A stretch of 64,000 bases of DNA, taken from positions 134,790,001-134,854,000 of the forward strand of contig NC_086097.1 in the NCBI RefSeq assembly GCF_963921235.1. The letters run 5' to 3'. The notes beneath the pieces are model-generated. The model had not been told where the DNA came from. It searched no databases and saw only the letters and a list, made by a program, of their open reading frames with translations. This document shows positions 35,530 to 49,559 of this stretch, one piece after another; positions within the stretch are counted from its first letter, which is position 1; the number at the start of each line of letters is the position of its first letter. The stretch is from Mobula hypostoma (lineage: Eukaryota). A program made the position numbers and the translations under genes.

Positions 35530-37850
35530 CTGGATAACATGACCTATCCATCAGAGTTGGTATTGTTTTATCATGGTGGAGATGCTTTTCATGTTGGCCT
35601 TCTCTAGTACACTGGTGTTAATGCAGCTGCCCTTCCGGCTAATCTTCAAAATCTTTCCTTGGGATCTTCGGTGTTATGGTTCCAGGGCTTTCAGATGCCT
35701 ATGACAGGTGATCCATACAGTAAGCAGGAACTACAAATCAAAAGTTTTGTTTGCACCTGTAGATCGCGGTCTTCAAAGACTTTTCCGTAACCTTGAATAG
35801 ATTCCACTCGCACTACTTGGGTGTTAGCTGATGTCAGACTTCATATCTGGCTTTGAGGAGAGAATCCCCAAGATAGGGAAAGTGGTCTATATTTTCAAGG
35901 ATGATATCGTCAGCTTTTACGGAAGGCTGGTTGGGTCACGGCTGACATATGACCTGTGTCTATATTCAAGCCAAGACCCAGGACCCTATATGCCTTAGCA
36001 AAGGCATTCAGGATACATTAGAGGTCTTCAGAGTGTGCTGCAATGGTTATCATCCATAAACCAAAACTCCATGATGGCAGTGGTGCTGGCCTTGTTCTTG
36101 GTCGTGCACCAGTTGAGATCGAAAAGCTTGTGTTTATTCTATACACGATTGGGATTCTGTGTGGCAGGTCTTGGCCAATGAGATGAAGGATGGCAGCAAT
36201 AAAGATGGCAAATAGGGAAGGGACAATGATGCAGCCCCATTTAACTCCTGTCTTAACAATGAAGAGCTCTGATTCAGCACTGCTATGCTGAGTACTGTGG
36301 CTGACATACCATCACAGGGTAGCCTCAGAATTTGTAACTACTGGTGAGGACAGCCATGTCTTAATAGCATACACCGAAGTTTGGCAGTCTACTGTATCAA
36401 ATGTCTTTGTCAAATCTACCAAAGCCAAGTACCTTTGTTCAATGCATTTTTCCTGTAATTGGTGTGCTATGAAGGTCATTGCTGTGGTACTGCTACATGA
36501 TGGAAAGAAAACTGTGATTCAGAGAATGCGGAAGGGTTGACAAAGATACATACAAGCACCCTGCCTGCTGTTGACAGGAGGGAGATGCCTCTGCAATTGC
36601 CACAATCAGCCTTGACTTCCTTCTTGAATATGGTCTCTATTAGAGCATCCCTGAGCCTGAGATTAGTTCCTTTTCCTAGAGCGTCAGGAGAACGTGTATG
36701 CGGTGTAGATGTGCTGGTCCACCTTCCTTGAGGAACTCTGCTGGGATCCTGTCAGAACCAGCAGCTATGTTGCTTTTCAGACTCCTGATGGCATCATGAA
36801 CCTCTTTCGTACTAGGAGGCTCCCCCATGATTTTTCTCACAGGTCTCTGGAGAATTTGGTTAGTAACCTCCAGTTCAGCAGAGCTGTCATGGTAAAGAAG
36901 TTCTTGAAAGTGCACTCTCCATCAATCATTGATGTCTTTCCAATCCTTTAACAAGTTCTTCCAGTTCTTTGAACTCAAGGGGTTGAATTTGCTGTAACCT
37001 GGACCATAGGCTGCTTTGGTGCCACTAAAGAAGACTTCATGTCACCACAGTCTGGCAGTCACTGGATTTCCAGGGCTTTCTCAGTCCAGCAAAAGCTCTT
37101 TACCTCCCACTCTCTGTGCTGGACGTTTGCCTTGAATCTAGGGCAAGCTTCTCTTTTGGCCTTGTTGACAACATTATTCTGCCAGGCACAAAAGGCTTTC
37201 CTTTTCTTGGAAATAAGTTCTTCTATTTCCACATAGTTATCATTAAACCAATCCTGATGTTTTCTGGACGTGTACCCAAGCATATTTTTGCAGGTATTAA
37301 GGGTAGTGGATTTAATTTAAGCAGACCACAAAGTTCTTTGGTATCTTCTGGATCTGGAGGTTTTCACCATACGAGGCCTAAAAGTGCTCTTTCATGAGTG
37401 TCAAGCAGGCTGTTGAGTTTTAATCTCAGTATGGTCTGCTTCTTATGAATCTTTCTCTATTTCATGAGTTTGATGGACATAGTCGAGGAGACTAGGCTCT
37501 GATCTGTTTAGCAATCATTTGTGCCAATCATGGGCCCTGTGATATTCACATCACAGCCATCCCTAGCTTAAACAATGATATAGTCAATGAGATGCTGCCA
37601 AGATGACTTGAATTTGTTTTGTTTTCTGGTTGAAGAGAGTGCTCGTTATGATAAGATTGTGCTCAGCACATATGGTGAGAAGTAGTATTTCATTTATGTT
37701 GATGTTGCCAAAGCCTTAATTTCCAATGGTGCACTTCCAAAGGTTGAAGTCCTGAGTGACCCTGGCATTGAATTCCCTGAACACAGTTCTCTTATTCTCC
37801 CTGGGGATGTTTAAGGGTGTCATATTTGGGCAAGCATAGAATGCCTCTTC
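35530..37850 (-). mobile_element. Degraded RTE-clade LINE (endonuclease and RT)
   Basis: LGYTSRKHQDWFNDN, PPSTKEVHDAIRSLKSNIAAGSDRIPAEF and a GVKxGCII.P.LF remnant. Confidence 0.8.
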
Positions 37851-38345
37851 CCACAAAAGTCTCTCTAAAAAGTGGCTTTTTACACTTTTGAGAATTACTG
37901 TGTAGATAGTACATCTTAAATGCTTATCTTAAAAGTGAGAGTGCATTTGTGGGCACATGCATGCAAGTGACAAAGCACCTGAAATAATGCACTTATAGAA
38001 TTGTACCACATTTAATGGAAATGAAGAAATATGAGATTCTCCTCCTTGCAGCTGAGGGAAAAAAAAAGTCCTGCATTTCTATGATGCCTTTCACAGACAC
38101 AGGACACCATCATAAGACTTAGCCTGCAGTCCATACAATATATCAGAGATGCAATCACAACCAATTTTCAGAAATGTGGAAGTCAATTTGCACAGTCAAA
38201 CTCCCATAAACAGAAATATAATGCAAGGAAAGGGCTGAGCCCATTAAGAGCCAGGACATGCACAACTGCTTCTGTTTGTACTGTGTCATTCAATGTGACA
38301 TAAAGAAATAAAATGGAAAACAATCTATGGAGAAAAAAAAAATAC

Positions 38346-38469
38346 CTCTCCTTCCCACACAATCCATGAGCAGCAATTTTCTGACACACTTTTCTGTTCA
38401 GTTCTGAAACAAAGAGTGGGATTCCAAAGCACAGCTCCAGGGGAATCCAATCCTGCTCTGTCGTCGAGG
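38346..38469 (-). CDS. FAM91A1: FAM91A1 exon (STTEQDWIPLELCFGIPLFVSELNRKVCQKIAAHGLCGKE)
   Basis: 124 nt, AG/GT, phase 1 to 2. Confidence 0.95.
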
Positions 38470-38834
38470 CTAGAAAATTACAACATTATTAATCTCACCA
38501 CAATATTCTCCTCTCATTTTAGGGCAGCATTTATGGATAACAGGAGTAATCTACTGTTGCTGGCCTTTTAGGCCATGGGCCTTTCTACATTTGACACATT
38601 CAACAACTTGTAGACATTCCATGCCTTTTCACAAAATGAAACAACACACAGATTTCTATGAGGGCAAGAACAAAATTTGACAGGGAGTCATTAGGATAAC
38701 TCATTGAAACCTTCATCAAAGGGATCGATTTGGGAGGAGGATTGCAAAATGAAGCTGATACAGGGGTTTAATGATTCCATGTTAAGGCAACTATGTGTTC
38801 CCCAACTAGAAGAGAGCACATCTACCTTCCTGGA

Positions 38835-39290
38835 GTGTCACAGCAAAGCAGCATCCATCATCAGGGATCCTCACTGGTGCCATCAAGGAGGTAGTACAGG
38901 ATCCTTAGGACTCTCAGAACCAGGTTCATGAACAATTATTACCTCTCAATCAACAGGCTCTTGAACCAGAGGGGACAACTTCACTAAACTTCAGTTGCCC
39001 AAAACTGTTCCCACAACCTGTGGACTTACTTTCAAGGACTTGTTATCTCATGTTCTCAATATTTATTGTTAATTTACTTACTACTACTATTTCTTGTTTT
39101 TTCTTTTGTATTTGCATTTTTTTTTTGTCTTTTGCACACTGGCTGTCCACCCTGTAGGATGCAGTCTTTCATTGATTCTATTATGGATATTGGATTTACT
39201 GAATATGCCTGCAAGAAAACAAACCTCAGGGCTGTATATGGTGACATATATATATATACTCTAATAATAAATTTTCTTTGAACTTTGAAT
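38835..39290 (+). mobile_element. Rex1/Babar-type 3' fragment
   Basis: KAASIIRDPH and a 3' UTR similar to 31220-31677. Confidence 0.7.
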
Positions 39291-39619
39291 CCAGATCAAG
39301 TTTCTTTTAAACTTTATTCTTGTTTGGGTGGGGATGATCGCTGGTACAGAAGGGCACTATTTATTGCTCAGTGACAAATGCTAGAGTAAGTGGTTGTCAG
39401 CCACCTTCTTAAATCACTACAGTCTGCACCAATGGATAGATTTCAGGATTTTTAACCAAAGACCATGAAGGCATGACAATATGTTAAAGACAGAAGCAAA
39501 GTAATTGTGCCTCCAGGACATAATGCCCTTGTTCTTTCAATTGCTCATGTTTGTGTGCTTAGAAATTATTTGATTGCAAATGTTGGCAGAAAATTAGCAT
39601 TACTAAGGTTTGTCTTTAC

Positions 39620-39724
39620 CTTCAAAAGTTCTTTTGACTGCAGAATCAGACACGGGCTCATCTGTTACCAACTCAAATGATTCTGTGCTGCCTTGTACAG
39701 AACCAGATGAGGATTCAAACTCTT
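39620..39724 (-). CDS. FAM91A1: FAM91A1 exon (EFESSSGSVQGSTESFELVTDEPVSDSAVKRTFE)
   Basis: 105 nt, AG/GT, phase 1 to 1; GSTESFE is conserved. Confidence 0.9.
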
Positions 39725-40369
39725 CTGAAAAATAATCACATACATATTAGAAAATCTTATTTTTAAAATAAGGATTTTGATGGGGGGGGGCTTGCGAATG
39801 ATAATGCCTTGGAACATGAATGGTAGGTGGTTTAACTCTTGTAAATGGTCAATACCTGTTTGGCATGAGTGTTATTGCCACTTGTCAGCTCACGCCTGAA
39901 TGCCTCCAGAGTTGTGTTGCATGAAGATGTTGATTGTTTTCATCCAGAAGTTTGAAATTTATTTTTAAATTATTTTTGGGATGTGAATGCTGTTGGCAAG
40001 AACAGCATTTATGTGCCGTTGAGGTGATGGTGGCAGTGGTGAGGCATCATGACATTGTGCAGTTAAGAGCAACCAGAGTTACTTTACATGACTGACCTCC
40101 AATCACAAATCTAGCAGCTAATAAACCCCTCAATCTGCAAACAGCTGTAATATTGCAATTCTAAATCATGACAGGATGTTTAAGAGGTGAAGGATTACTT
40201 AGCTTAGATAGAAACCACACATATGCTCATATTTCTGTTATTTGTGACAAGCTCCTTGTGATGTGACAAAAATGAACTGAAGTTCCTACTACCCCATGAG
40301 CCTCTGTATTCGGCACATCATTCTGTGCAATTTCTGTTATGTTTAACAGGATCTACTGTTAACCATATC

Positions 40370-41570
40370 ATTCCATTTCTCACCCCCCAACTCTCTGCTC
40401 CACTCTCTCATACAATTATCCCTCCCCACTGACCTCCCTCACGGCACTTATCCCTGCAAGTATCACACCACATTCAGAACATTGTGAGTAGCTTTGGTAC
40501 CCGTATCTTAAGAAACATATACTGGCATTGAAGAGGTCCAGAAGTGCTGAAGAATGATCCCAGAATGAAAGCATAACCTATGAGCATTTGATGGCTCCCA
40601 GTCTGTACTCAATGGAGTTTAGGAATCTCATTGAAACCTTCTAAATATTGAAAAACTAGATAAGATGGATTATGTGGAGAGGATGTTTCCTATAGTGGGG
40701 GAGTCTAGGACCAAACGGACAGACTCAGAATAGAAGCAAGTCTCTTTAGAACAAATGAGGAGGAACTTCTTTAGCCGGAGGTGGTGAATCTTTGGAATTC
40801 ATTGCCACGGACAGCTGTGGAAGCCAAATTAATGGGCATATTTAAAGTAGAGGGTGATAGGACCATAAGACCATAAGACAAAGGAGCAGAAGTCGGCCAT
40901 TCGGCCCATCGAGTCTGCTCCGCCATTTTATCATGAGCTGATCCAGTCTCCCATTTAGTCCCACTCCCCTGCCTTCTCACCATAACCTTTGATGCCCTGG
41001 CTACTCAGATACCTATCAATCTCTGCCTTAAATACACCCAATGACTTGGCCTCCACTGCTGCCCGTGGCAACAAATTCCATAGATTCACCACCCTCTGAC
41101 TAAAAAAAAAATGCAGGTTCTTGATTATTAAGTTTCAACTATTACAGGGAGAAGGAAGGAGAATGGGGTTGAGGAGAAAATATATCAGCCATGATGGAAC
41201 AGTAGAGCATAGTTGATGGGCTGAATGGCCAAAATCTGCTCTTGCGTCTTATGGTTTTAAATGCTACAACTGTCCCTACACCTCTCCACCTATTGCCTCC
41301 CCGCCTCTTACATCATTAATCCTCCCCTACCCACAAACCTTCCCCTTCACCTGGTCTCAACCATCACCTGCCAGCTTATACTCTTCCCTGACTATCCCCA
41401 TTCCTTATTCTATCTTCGGTCTACTCCCTTCCGGTCATGATGAAGGGTCTCGGCCTGAAACGTTGACTCTTTATTTCCCTCCACAGATGCTGTCTGACCT
41501 GCTGCATCCCCCCCCAGCATTTTGTGTGTGCTACTCAGGATTTTGCAGCTCCCACAGAATCTCTTGTGTT
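40370..41570 (+). mobile_element. Old PLE fragment split by a CR1 (about 40470-41258) that itself holds an antisense CR1 3' end (about 40862-41110)
   Basis: The linker PTDLPHGTYPCK resumes as KCYNCPYTS at about 41259; degenerate hammerhead at 41433-41468. Confidence 0.75.
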
Positions 41571-43494
41571 TAGATAGATCTGAAGTGGCCTTGCAGTTGT
41601 AAATTTGAATGAATGAACAAGACAACTGGAAAAGACCTGTATCTGCACTCCATCATCAGTGATGGGGGGACTACAGGGTGAAAACACAGCTTGGGTGAAA
41701 ACATTTTGTGGTACCAAAATGTGCCAGCAGGACAAATAATTTTTAAGAGAAGTTCAACAAGGAAAGTAACACTTAAATTGTGACTTTTAAGGCTGCAAAA
41801 CTTTCATAAGTGCTTTCCAAGCAATGAAGCGTTTGTAGTTACTACTGCAATTTAGCAAAACTCAACAATCAATCAATACACAGCAAGGTAATATATAAAC
41901 TGTGTTGGGAATTTTGGAGAAGGAGAAATAATGCCTAGATAGCAGGGGTACATTCTGATCTTCTTTAAATAATCCACAGGATCGCAATATCCATTTCAAA
42001 AGACTGATGAGATCTGAGTTCAACATATCAAATGAAGTGCCTCTGACAGTGCAATTTTTTTGGAACAGGTCTTGAATCCATGGCCTGACTGAGAAAGGAG
42101 TGGTGTCCCTGAGTTATGCTGACACAAATGAGTGCATTTAACATAATAACGAGATTTGAGCAGATTTTAAGTGACCAAAGGGAAGCACAGATTAATGTAG
42201 TAGTACACTTAACAAGAACAGCAATCTAAGAGACAGACTGGCTTTTGTTCCATCTCGAAGAGGACCTAAAGTTGTACCTGCGGCTCATATGTTCTCTCAG
42301 CTCATGAGTCATAACCATAACACATGAATCAACTGTTTAGCTGTAGCCCTGGCTTTCAAAAGATCACATTAATTGCATTCAATGAAAGCACTGAAGAAAC
42401 TGTAAGATTATAATCTCATGATTAGGAAAATCAACTAATTTATGTGACATTAAAGCTTTTAGAAATTTTATAAATCTAGTTAATATCTTCTTCAGCACTA
42501 GCTGTGGAATCTGATCACAAAATACAATGTTAAACCAATATATAATCAATGACCCAACACAGAATTTATTGTAGACATGAGCCAACGGACTTCTGTTCCA
42601 CAAGAGCCTTCTCCAAATCTAATCCATAATAAATCAATACGTTCTTCAATATCTATCCTTCCCATTGTTATCTTGTTTATCCCTGAAAAACATCCAAGTT
42701 ATTCACATCAATTCTCATTCCCATAAATGCTTTACCCAGAGTACTTTTGAGTGCCTGAAAAGTATAGCAGCACAGAGCTGAGCTTGAAGGCACTTAATGG
42801 AATCAGTCAAGGTTTATCTTGTAGCAACTCAGTCCGAGGTCAGAGGTTCCAGCTCTACATTCCAGAAACTTAAACAACCCCAATGTAGGAGTGACAGAGT
42901 TTTGTATTTTTGCATGCGCTGTTTTTAGGATATGATCCCAAACCACACAGCAACCCCTGCACCCTACCATCTTCCCTCTCAGTTTAACATAAAAGATCTC
43001 ATGGCATTAATAATTAGAGTATTGCTCCAGAAATAAAGAATGAAATTTCCTATGAATGGCCTAATGTTAACTGCTCAGCTAAAATCTGATCTGGTTATCG
43101 CATCCATAAACTGGCTGTAATATTTCTTTCCTCACAACTATGACTATATTTTAAGATAATATGCTTGGTCATGAAGAATTTTGGAATTTCTCCTGAGGCC
43201 CTGTGGAGGTTAACCCTAAAGGAAAGCTAAACAATAACTTAGACTAAAAGAAATAGGGTATGTAAAGTCAGACAATATTTGGAGACTCACATGGAGCTGG
43301 ACAGAGGCCTCTTCCTTTCCATAAATCTGTGATGAAAAGTTCTACACTCTCCCCATTAGAATGCCCCTCATTATTGTGCTGTCTTATGACAATTTTGTGG
43401 CTCAAAATACCTCAGGATATTCACCATTTCTAAAACTGCTGGACAACTGCATTTTCCAAGTAGTTCTGGCTATGATGAGCTGAACTTTGTGTAC

Positions 43495-43647
43495 CTTTCT
43501 CTTCCAGGTCTTCACTGGGTCGTCTCCCACTGCTGCGCCGAGCTCGAGGATTCAGCATGTTTACAAACCCACAGAAATGGTCCAGATCCACTTTTGCCCT
43601 CAGTGCTTTCAAAGCTCGATGTGAGCACATGTTACTCTGGGAAAATT
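43495..43647 (-). CDS. FAM91A1: FAM91A1 exon (FSQSNMCSHRALKALRAKVDLDHFCGFVNMLNPRARRSSGRRPSEDLEEK)
   Basis: 153 nt, AG/GT, phase 1 to 1. Confidence 0.92.
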
Positions 43648-43729
43648 CTGCAATAATCCAAAGGAAAAGAGTTAAAAGAAAAGTTAATCAAAGTAACATA
43701 TATACAGTGGTTATGGAAAACCTTTCAGT

Positions 43730-43929
43730 AACGCACACAAAATGCTGGAGGAACTCAGCAGGCTAGGCAGCACCTGTGGAAAAGAGTAAACAGTCGACAT
43801 TCTGATGAAGGGTCTCAGCCCGAAACATCGACTGTTTACTCTTTTCTATAGATGCCGCTTGGCCAGCTGAGTTCCTCCAGCATTTTGTGTGTGTTGCTTG
43901 ATTTCCAGCATCTGCAGATTTTCTTGTCT
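43730..43929. mobile_element. Older palindromic mini-PLE with a hammerhead core at 43802-43833
   Basis: Arms about 43730-43800 and 43824-43895; CTGATGA-AGGGTCTCAGCCC-GAAACATC-GACT. Confidence 0.8.
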
Positions 43930-44812
43930 AAAGGAAATTTGAGACTATGCAAATTTTCCCAGAAATATTTAAAGCATTTTTCAAGACAGGAAAGTTAGTT
44001 ACAGACATGCAAACATCTTCCAGAAGTTATGGGTTAGGGTTAGCAGCAAATTAATTCAAAAGACAACCAGGCTTCATTCAACCTCCACACAGTAATAAAC
44101 AGATCATAAGAATGCACCTGCCCAATTACAGAAGGAGGCCACTTAAGATATTTGGCTTGGGATAAGACAAAACAAGCACTTCAATTGATCCTTGGAAAAT
44201 ATTTTATCAAACAATGTAACATCCATCGATTCCTTCCATTGAAATTAGCTACTTGATGTAGGACATTCTGATTCTCGACCACTGTAACTATACAGGGAAA
44301 GACAATAAATATATATTCTTGTTAATAAATTCTCATTGCAATTGTTCCTTTCTGAGTTAGGGAAAATTGGTCCACTGACAGTTCTTAGGAACTGAATCCT
44401 TGCCCAACCTAGGGACTGCCTATACATAGAACTGGAAACAAACCAACAATGCTCTTATGGTCTCCACACTGTTTGATACAGTCAGGACAAGCAGCAGCAG
44501 CTAAGGTACAAGTTAGTCCTTTATGCTCAGGGAAATTGTTGAAAAAGTAACCTCAGAGCATTGAAATCTTTATTTAAGACCAGCATTTGTAGTCCATCCT
44601 TAAATGCCCTCAAGGTGATGGAGGTAAGCCAACTTCTTGAACCATTCTATCACTTTAATGATTGGGAACTGACTGAAGAGGTAGTAATTAGCTAGAATGG
44701 AGGTTATGTTGCAACTTTATAAAACTCTGGTTAGGCCACATCTGGAGTATTGCAAACAGTTCTGTTTGCCCCATTGTAAGAAAGCTTTGGGCAATGCGCA
44801 GAAGAGGTTTAC

Positions 44813-47800
44813 ATAGAACGTAGAATAGTACAGCACAGTACAGGCCCTGCGGCCCACATTGTTGTGCCAACCCTCAAACCCTGCTTCCCATATAACCCCC
44901 CACCTTAAATTCCTCCATATACCTATCTAGCAGTCTCTTAAATTTCACTAGTGTATCTGCCTCCGCCACTGACTCAGGCAGTGTATTCCACGCACCAACC
45001 ACTCTCTGAGTAAAAAAACCTTCCTTTAATATCACCCTTGAACTTCCCACCCTTTACCTTAAAGCCATGTCCCCTTGTGTTCAGCAGTGGTGCCCTGGGA
45101 AAGAGGCGCTGGCTATCCACTCTATCTACTCCTCTTATTATCTTGTACACCTCTATCATGTCTCCTCTCATCCTCCTTCTATCCAAAGATTAAAGCCCTA
45201 GCTCCCTTAATCTCTGATCATAATCCATACTCTCTAAACCAGGCAGCATCCTGGTAAATCTCCTCTGCACCCTTTCCACTGTTTCCATATCCTTCCTATA
45301 GTGAGGCGACCAGAACTGGACACAGTACTCCAAGTGTAGCCTAACCAGAGTTTTATAGAGCTGCATCATTACCTCGCGACTCTTAAACTCTATCCCTCAA
45401 CTTATGAAAGCTAACACCCCATAAGCTTTCTTAGCTACCCTATCCACCTGTGAAGCAACTTTCAGGGATCTGTGGACATGTACCCCTAGATCCCTCTGCT
45501 CCTCCACACTACCAAGTATCCTGCCATTTACTTTGTACTCTGCCTTGGAGTTTATCCTTCCAAAGTGTACCACCTCACACTTCTCTGGGTTGAACTCCAT
45601 CTGCCAGTTCCCAGCCCACTTCTGCAACCTATCAATGTCTCTCTGCAATCTTCGACAATCCTCTACACTATCTACAACACCACCAACCTTTCTGTCGTCT
45701 GCAAACTTGCCAACCTACCCTTCTACCCCCACATCCAGGTCATTAATAAAAATCACGCAGAGGTCCCAGAACTGATCCTTGTGGGACACCACTAGTCACA
45801 ACCCTCCAATCCGAATGTACTCCCTCCACCATAACTCTCTGCCTTCTGCAGGCAAGCCAATTCTGAATCCACCCGGCCAAACTTCCCTGGATCCCATGCC
45901 TTCTGACTTTCTGAATAAGCCTACCCCATGGAACCTTGTCAAATACGTAAATAAAATCCATATAGATCACATCCACTGCACTACCCTCATCTATATGCCT
46001 GGTCACCTCCTCAAAGAACTCTATCAGGCTTGTTAGACACGCTCTGCCGTTCACAAAGCCATGCTGACTGTCCCTGATCAGACCATGATTCTCTCAATGC
46101 CCACAGATGCTATCTCTAAGAATCTTTTCCAACAGCTTTCCTACCACAGATGTAAGGCTCACTGGTCTATAATTACCCAGACTATCCCTACTACCTTTTT
46201 TAAACAAGGGAACAACATTCGCCTCCCTCCAATCCTCCGGTACCATTCCCGTGGACAACAAGGACATAAAGATCCTAGCCAGAGGCTCAGCAACCTCTTC
46301 CCTCGTCTCATGGAGTAGCCTGGGGAATATTCCGTCAGGCCCTGGGGACTGATCCATCCTAATATATTTTAATAACTCCAACACCTCCTCTCCCTTAATA
46401 TTAACATGCTCCAGAACATCAACCTCACTCATATTGTCCTCACCGTCATCAAGTTCCCTCTCATTGGTAAATACCAAACGGAAGTATTCATTGAGGACCT
46501 CGCTCACTTCCACAGCCTCCAGGCACATCTTCCCACCTTTATCTCTAATCGGTCCTAACTTCACTCCTGTCATCCTTTTCTTCTTCACGTAATTGAAGAA
46601 TGCCTTGGGGTTTTCCTTTACCCTACTCGCCAAGGCCTTCTCATGCCCCCTTCTTGCTCTTCTCAGCCCCTTCTTAAGCTCCTTTCTTGCTACCCTATAT
46701 TTCTCAATAGACCCATCTGATCCTTGCTTCCTAAACCTCATGTATGCTGCCTTCTTCCACCTGACTAGATTTTCCACCTCACTTGTTACCTATGGTTCCT
46801 TCACCCTACCATTCTTTATCTTCCTCACCAGGACAACTTCATCCCTAACGTCCTGCACGAGATCCTAAACATCGACCACATGTCCATAGTACATTTCCCT
46901 GCAAAAACATCATCCCAATTCGCACCCGCAAGTTCTAGCCTTATAGCCTCGTAATTTGCCCTTCCGCAATTAAAAATCTTCTTGTCCTCCCTGATTCTAT
47001 CCTTTGCCATGAAGGCCAGAGAGCGGTGGTCACTGTCCCCCAGATGCTCACCCACTGAGAGATCTGTGACCTGACCTGGTTCGTTACCTAATACTAGATC
47101 TAGTATGGCATTCCCCCTAGTCGGCCATGTCAACATACCGTGACAGGAATCCGTCCTGGACACACTTAACAAACTCTGCCCTGTCTAAACCCTTGGAACT
47201 TATCAGGTGCCAATCAATTTTAGGGAAGTTGAAGTCACCCATGATAACAACCCTGTTGTTTTCATACCTTTCCAAAATCTGCCTCCCAATCTGCTCCTCG
47301 GTATCTCTGCTGCTACCAGGGGGCCTATAGAGTAACTGCTCCCTTCCTGTTCCTGACTTCCACCCATACTGACTCAAAAGAGGATCCTGCTACATTACCC
47401 ACCTTTTCTATAGCTGTAATAGTATCCCTGACCAGTAATGCCACCCCTCCTCCCCTCCCCCCCACCATCCCTTTTGAAGCACTGAAATTCAGGAATATTG
47501 AGAATCTATTCCTGCCCTGGTGCCAGCCAAGTCTCTGTAATGTCCACTACATCATAATTCCATGTATGTATCCAAGCTCTCAGTTCATCACCTTTGTTCC
47601 TGATGCTTCTTGCATTGAAGAGCATGCACTTTGGCCCTTCTACCCTCCTACCTTTACACCCTTTATTCTGCTTCTCTTTCCCCAAAGCCTCTCTATATGT
47701 TAGATCTGGCTTTACTCCATGCACTTCTTTCACTGCTCTATCGCTGTGGATCCCATCCCCCTCGCAAATTAGTTTAAACCCTCCCGAACCATGCTAGCAA

Positions 47801-47816
47801 ACCTACCTGCAAGGAT
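44813..47816 (-). mobile_element. Near-full ORF2 CR1 LINE (defective), inserted into an older plus-strand CR1 fragment (44690-44812 and 47817-48295)
   Basis: [48 protein letters not shown] duplicated at 44807-44812 and 47817-47822. Confidence 0.9.
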
Positions 47817-48393
47817 GTTTACCATGATGCTGCCTGGTTTAGAAGGCATGTGCTATCACGAGAGGCTGGATAAACTTGAGTTGTTTTCTCTGGAGCGCCA
47901 GAGACTGCGGGGAGATCTTACAGAGGTTTACAAGATTATGAAAGGCATAGATGGTGGACAGAGAGTATCTGTTTCCCAGGATTGAAATGGCTAATGCCAG
48001 AGGGCATGTATCGAAGGTGAGAGAGGAGTAGGTTCAAGAGGGACATGAGGGGTAAGTTTTTTTTACTCAAGAGTCGAAGATGCCTGCAATGTGCTGTTTG
48101 TTATGGTGGTAGAGGCAAATACATTAGAGGCTTTTAAGAGATGTTTGTATAGGCACATAGATGGAGAGATAATGGACATGGTGTAGATAGGAGGGATTAA
48201 TGTTTAAGTGATTTTGATGAGCTTTTTCGTTGGTTCAGCACAACATATGGGCCGAATGGCCTGTTCTTGTGTTATATTCTTCTGTGCTCCATGTTAAAAC
48301 AGTCAACTCAGATTTGATTGGAAATTTGCTTGCACTTTCTCATAATGCCACTTTAATCAGGAAAGCTAATGAAAAATAGCTGTAAAAGCTCAC

Positions 48394-48466
48394 CTCCATT
48401 CATCTCCACTTCATCAAAGGGAAAAGGAACATACGTGGTTTCTCCCTCACCATGGATACCAAAACC
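48394..48466 (-). CDS. FAM91A1: FAM91A1 exon (GFGIHGEGETTYVPFPFDEVEMNG)
   Basis: 73 nt, AG/GT, phase 0 to 1. Confidence 0.93.
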
Positions 48467-49067
48467 CTTGAAACAACAATGCACTGGATTAATTTATTAA
48501 AATTACACTATTATTTATGCAACATTACTACCTTATTGCTGAACATCCAAATGATGTTATGGGAGGAAGGGGAGTGAAGTAGATCTTTGGTTACTGATGT
48601 CAAATATACAATACGTCTACTAGCCACTATTGTATTCACTCTCAGCTTCACTGTAGTCCATGGAGTTTAACACCAGCAACCAAAGATATTTCTGCCCCAC
48701 TGATTTACAACAATGGTTTCAAAAACATTTGCTTGGGATATGTTTATATAGTTTTATATTTCTTATTTCTAAAGCTGAACTCCAAGCAGTAATATTGCCC
48801 AAATCATCACAAACTTTCTCCAGGCCCCAAAGTTCAGATAACTTATTATGCTAAATTTTACAGATTTTTCAATATTTTCTAACACAGGCACATTTATCTG
48901 TAACACTGCCAGTAGCCATTCTAAAAATTTAATATTGCAAAAATTCATACTTTTATTATGTTAATTGTGGCTTTGTGATTGAACACACACGGGGGGAAAA
49001 AGAATTCTCCTGGCTAGATTATGTTTTCTAACAGCATGCGGTATGCTCAAAGGAACCCAGGTGCTAC

Positions 49068-49181
49068 CTGTACTAACACAGCAGAATGCGTTAGAGCGTC
49101 ATTCAGCATGCTGAGCACATTTGAAGTAAGAACAACTCCAGGATCGTGCCCCCAGGAGGTTATAAGCAGCCGGTCATAGCC
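49068..49181 (-). CDS. FAM91A1: FAM91A1 exon ([38 protein letters not shown])
   Basis: 114 nt, AG/GT, phase 0. Confidence 0.96.
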
Positions 49182-49307
49182 CTGAAAATAAAAGGGAGCA
49201 AGAACCTTACATTTTTAATCAATTCTAAGTGATGCTCAAATTGTACACAAATGAAAATATCCAGTTAATACATTAAAGTTATGAAAGTACATTTTCTCAA
49301 AAAATAC

Positions 49308-49442
49308 CTGAAAAACTTCAGGAAGTTTTCTTAGCCTTGTTCCTTTTGTAAGTAATAATGATGGAGGTCCTTGTCCAGTAATATGGTAGATGTACAGTTT
49401 AAACCAGATTGAACTAACTTCTGGGATTGCTGGTCCGATGTG
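49308..49442 (-). CDS. FAM91A1: FAM91A1 exon ([45 protein letters not shown])
   Basis: 135 nt, AG/GT, phase 0. Confidence 0.96.
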
Positions 49443-49559
49443 CTAAAACATTTAAAGGAAGAAATGTTACTTATTATAAGTCACATAAAATACGAAATGC
49501 TTCTGAATCTTTATCTGACCTTTTTCTTTCAAAGGCTAAATAAGCCAAGCACATTCATT

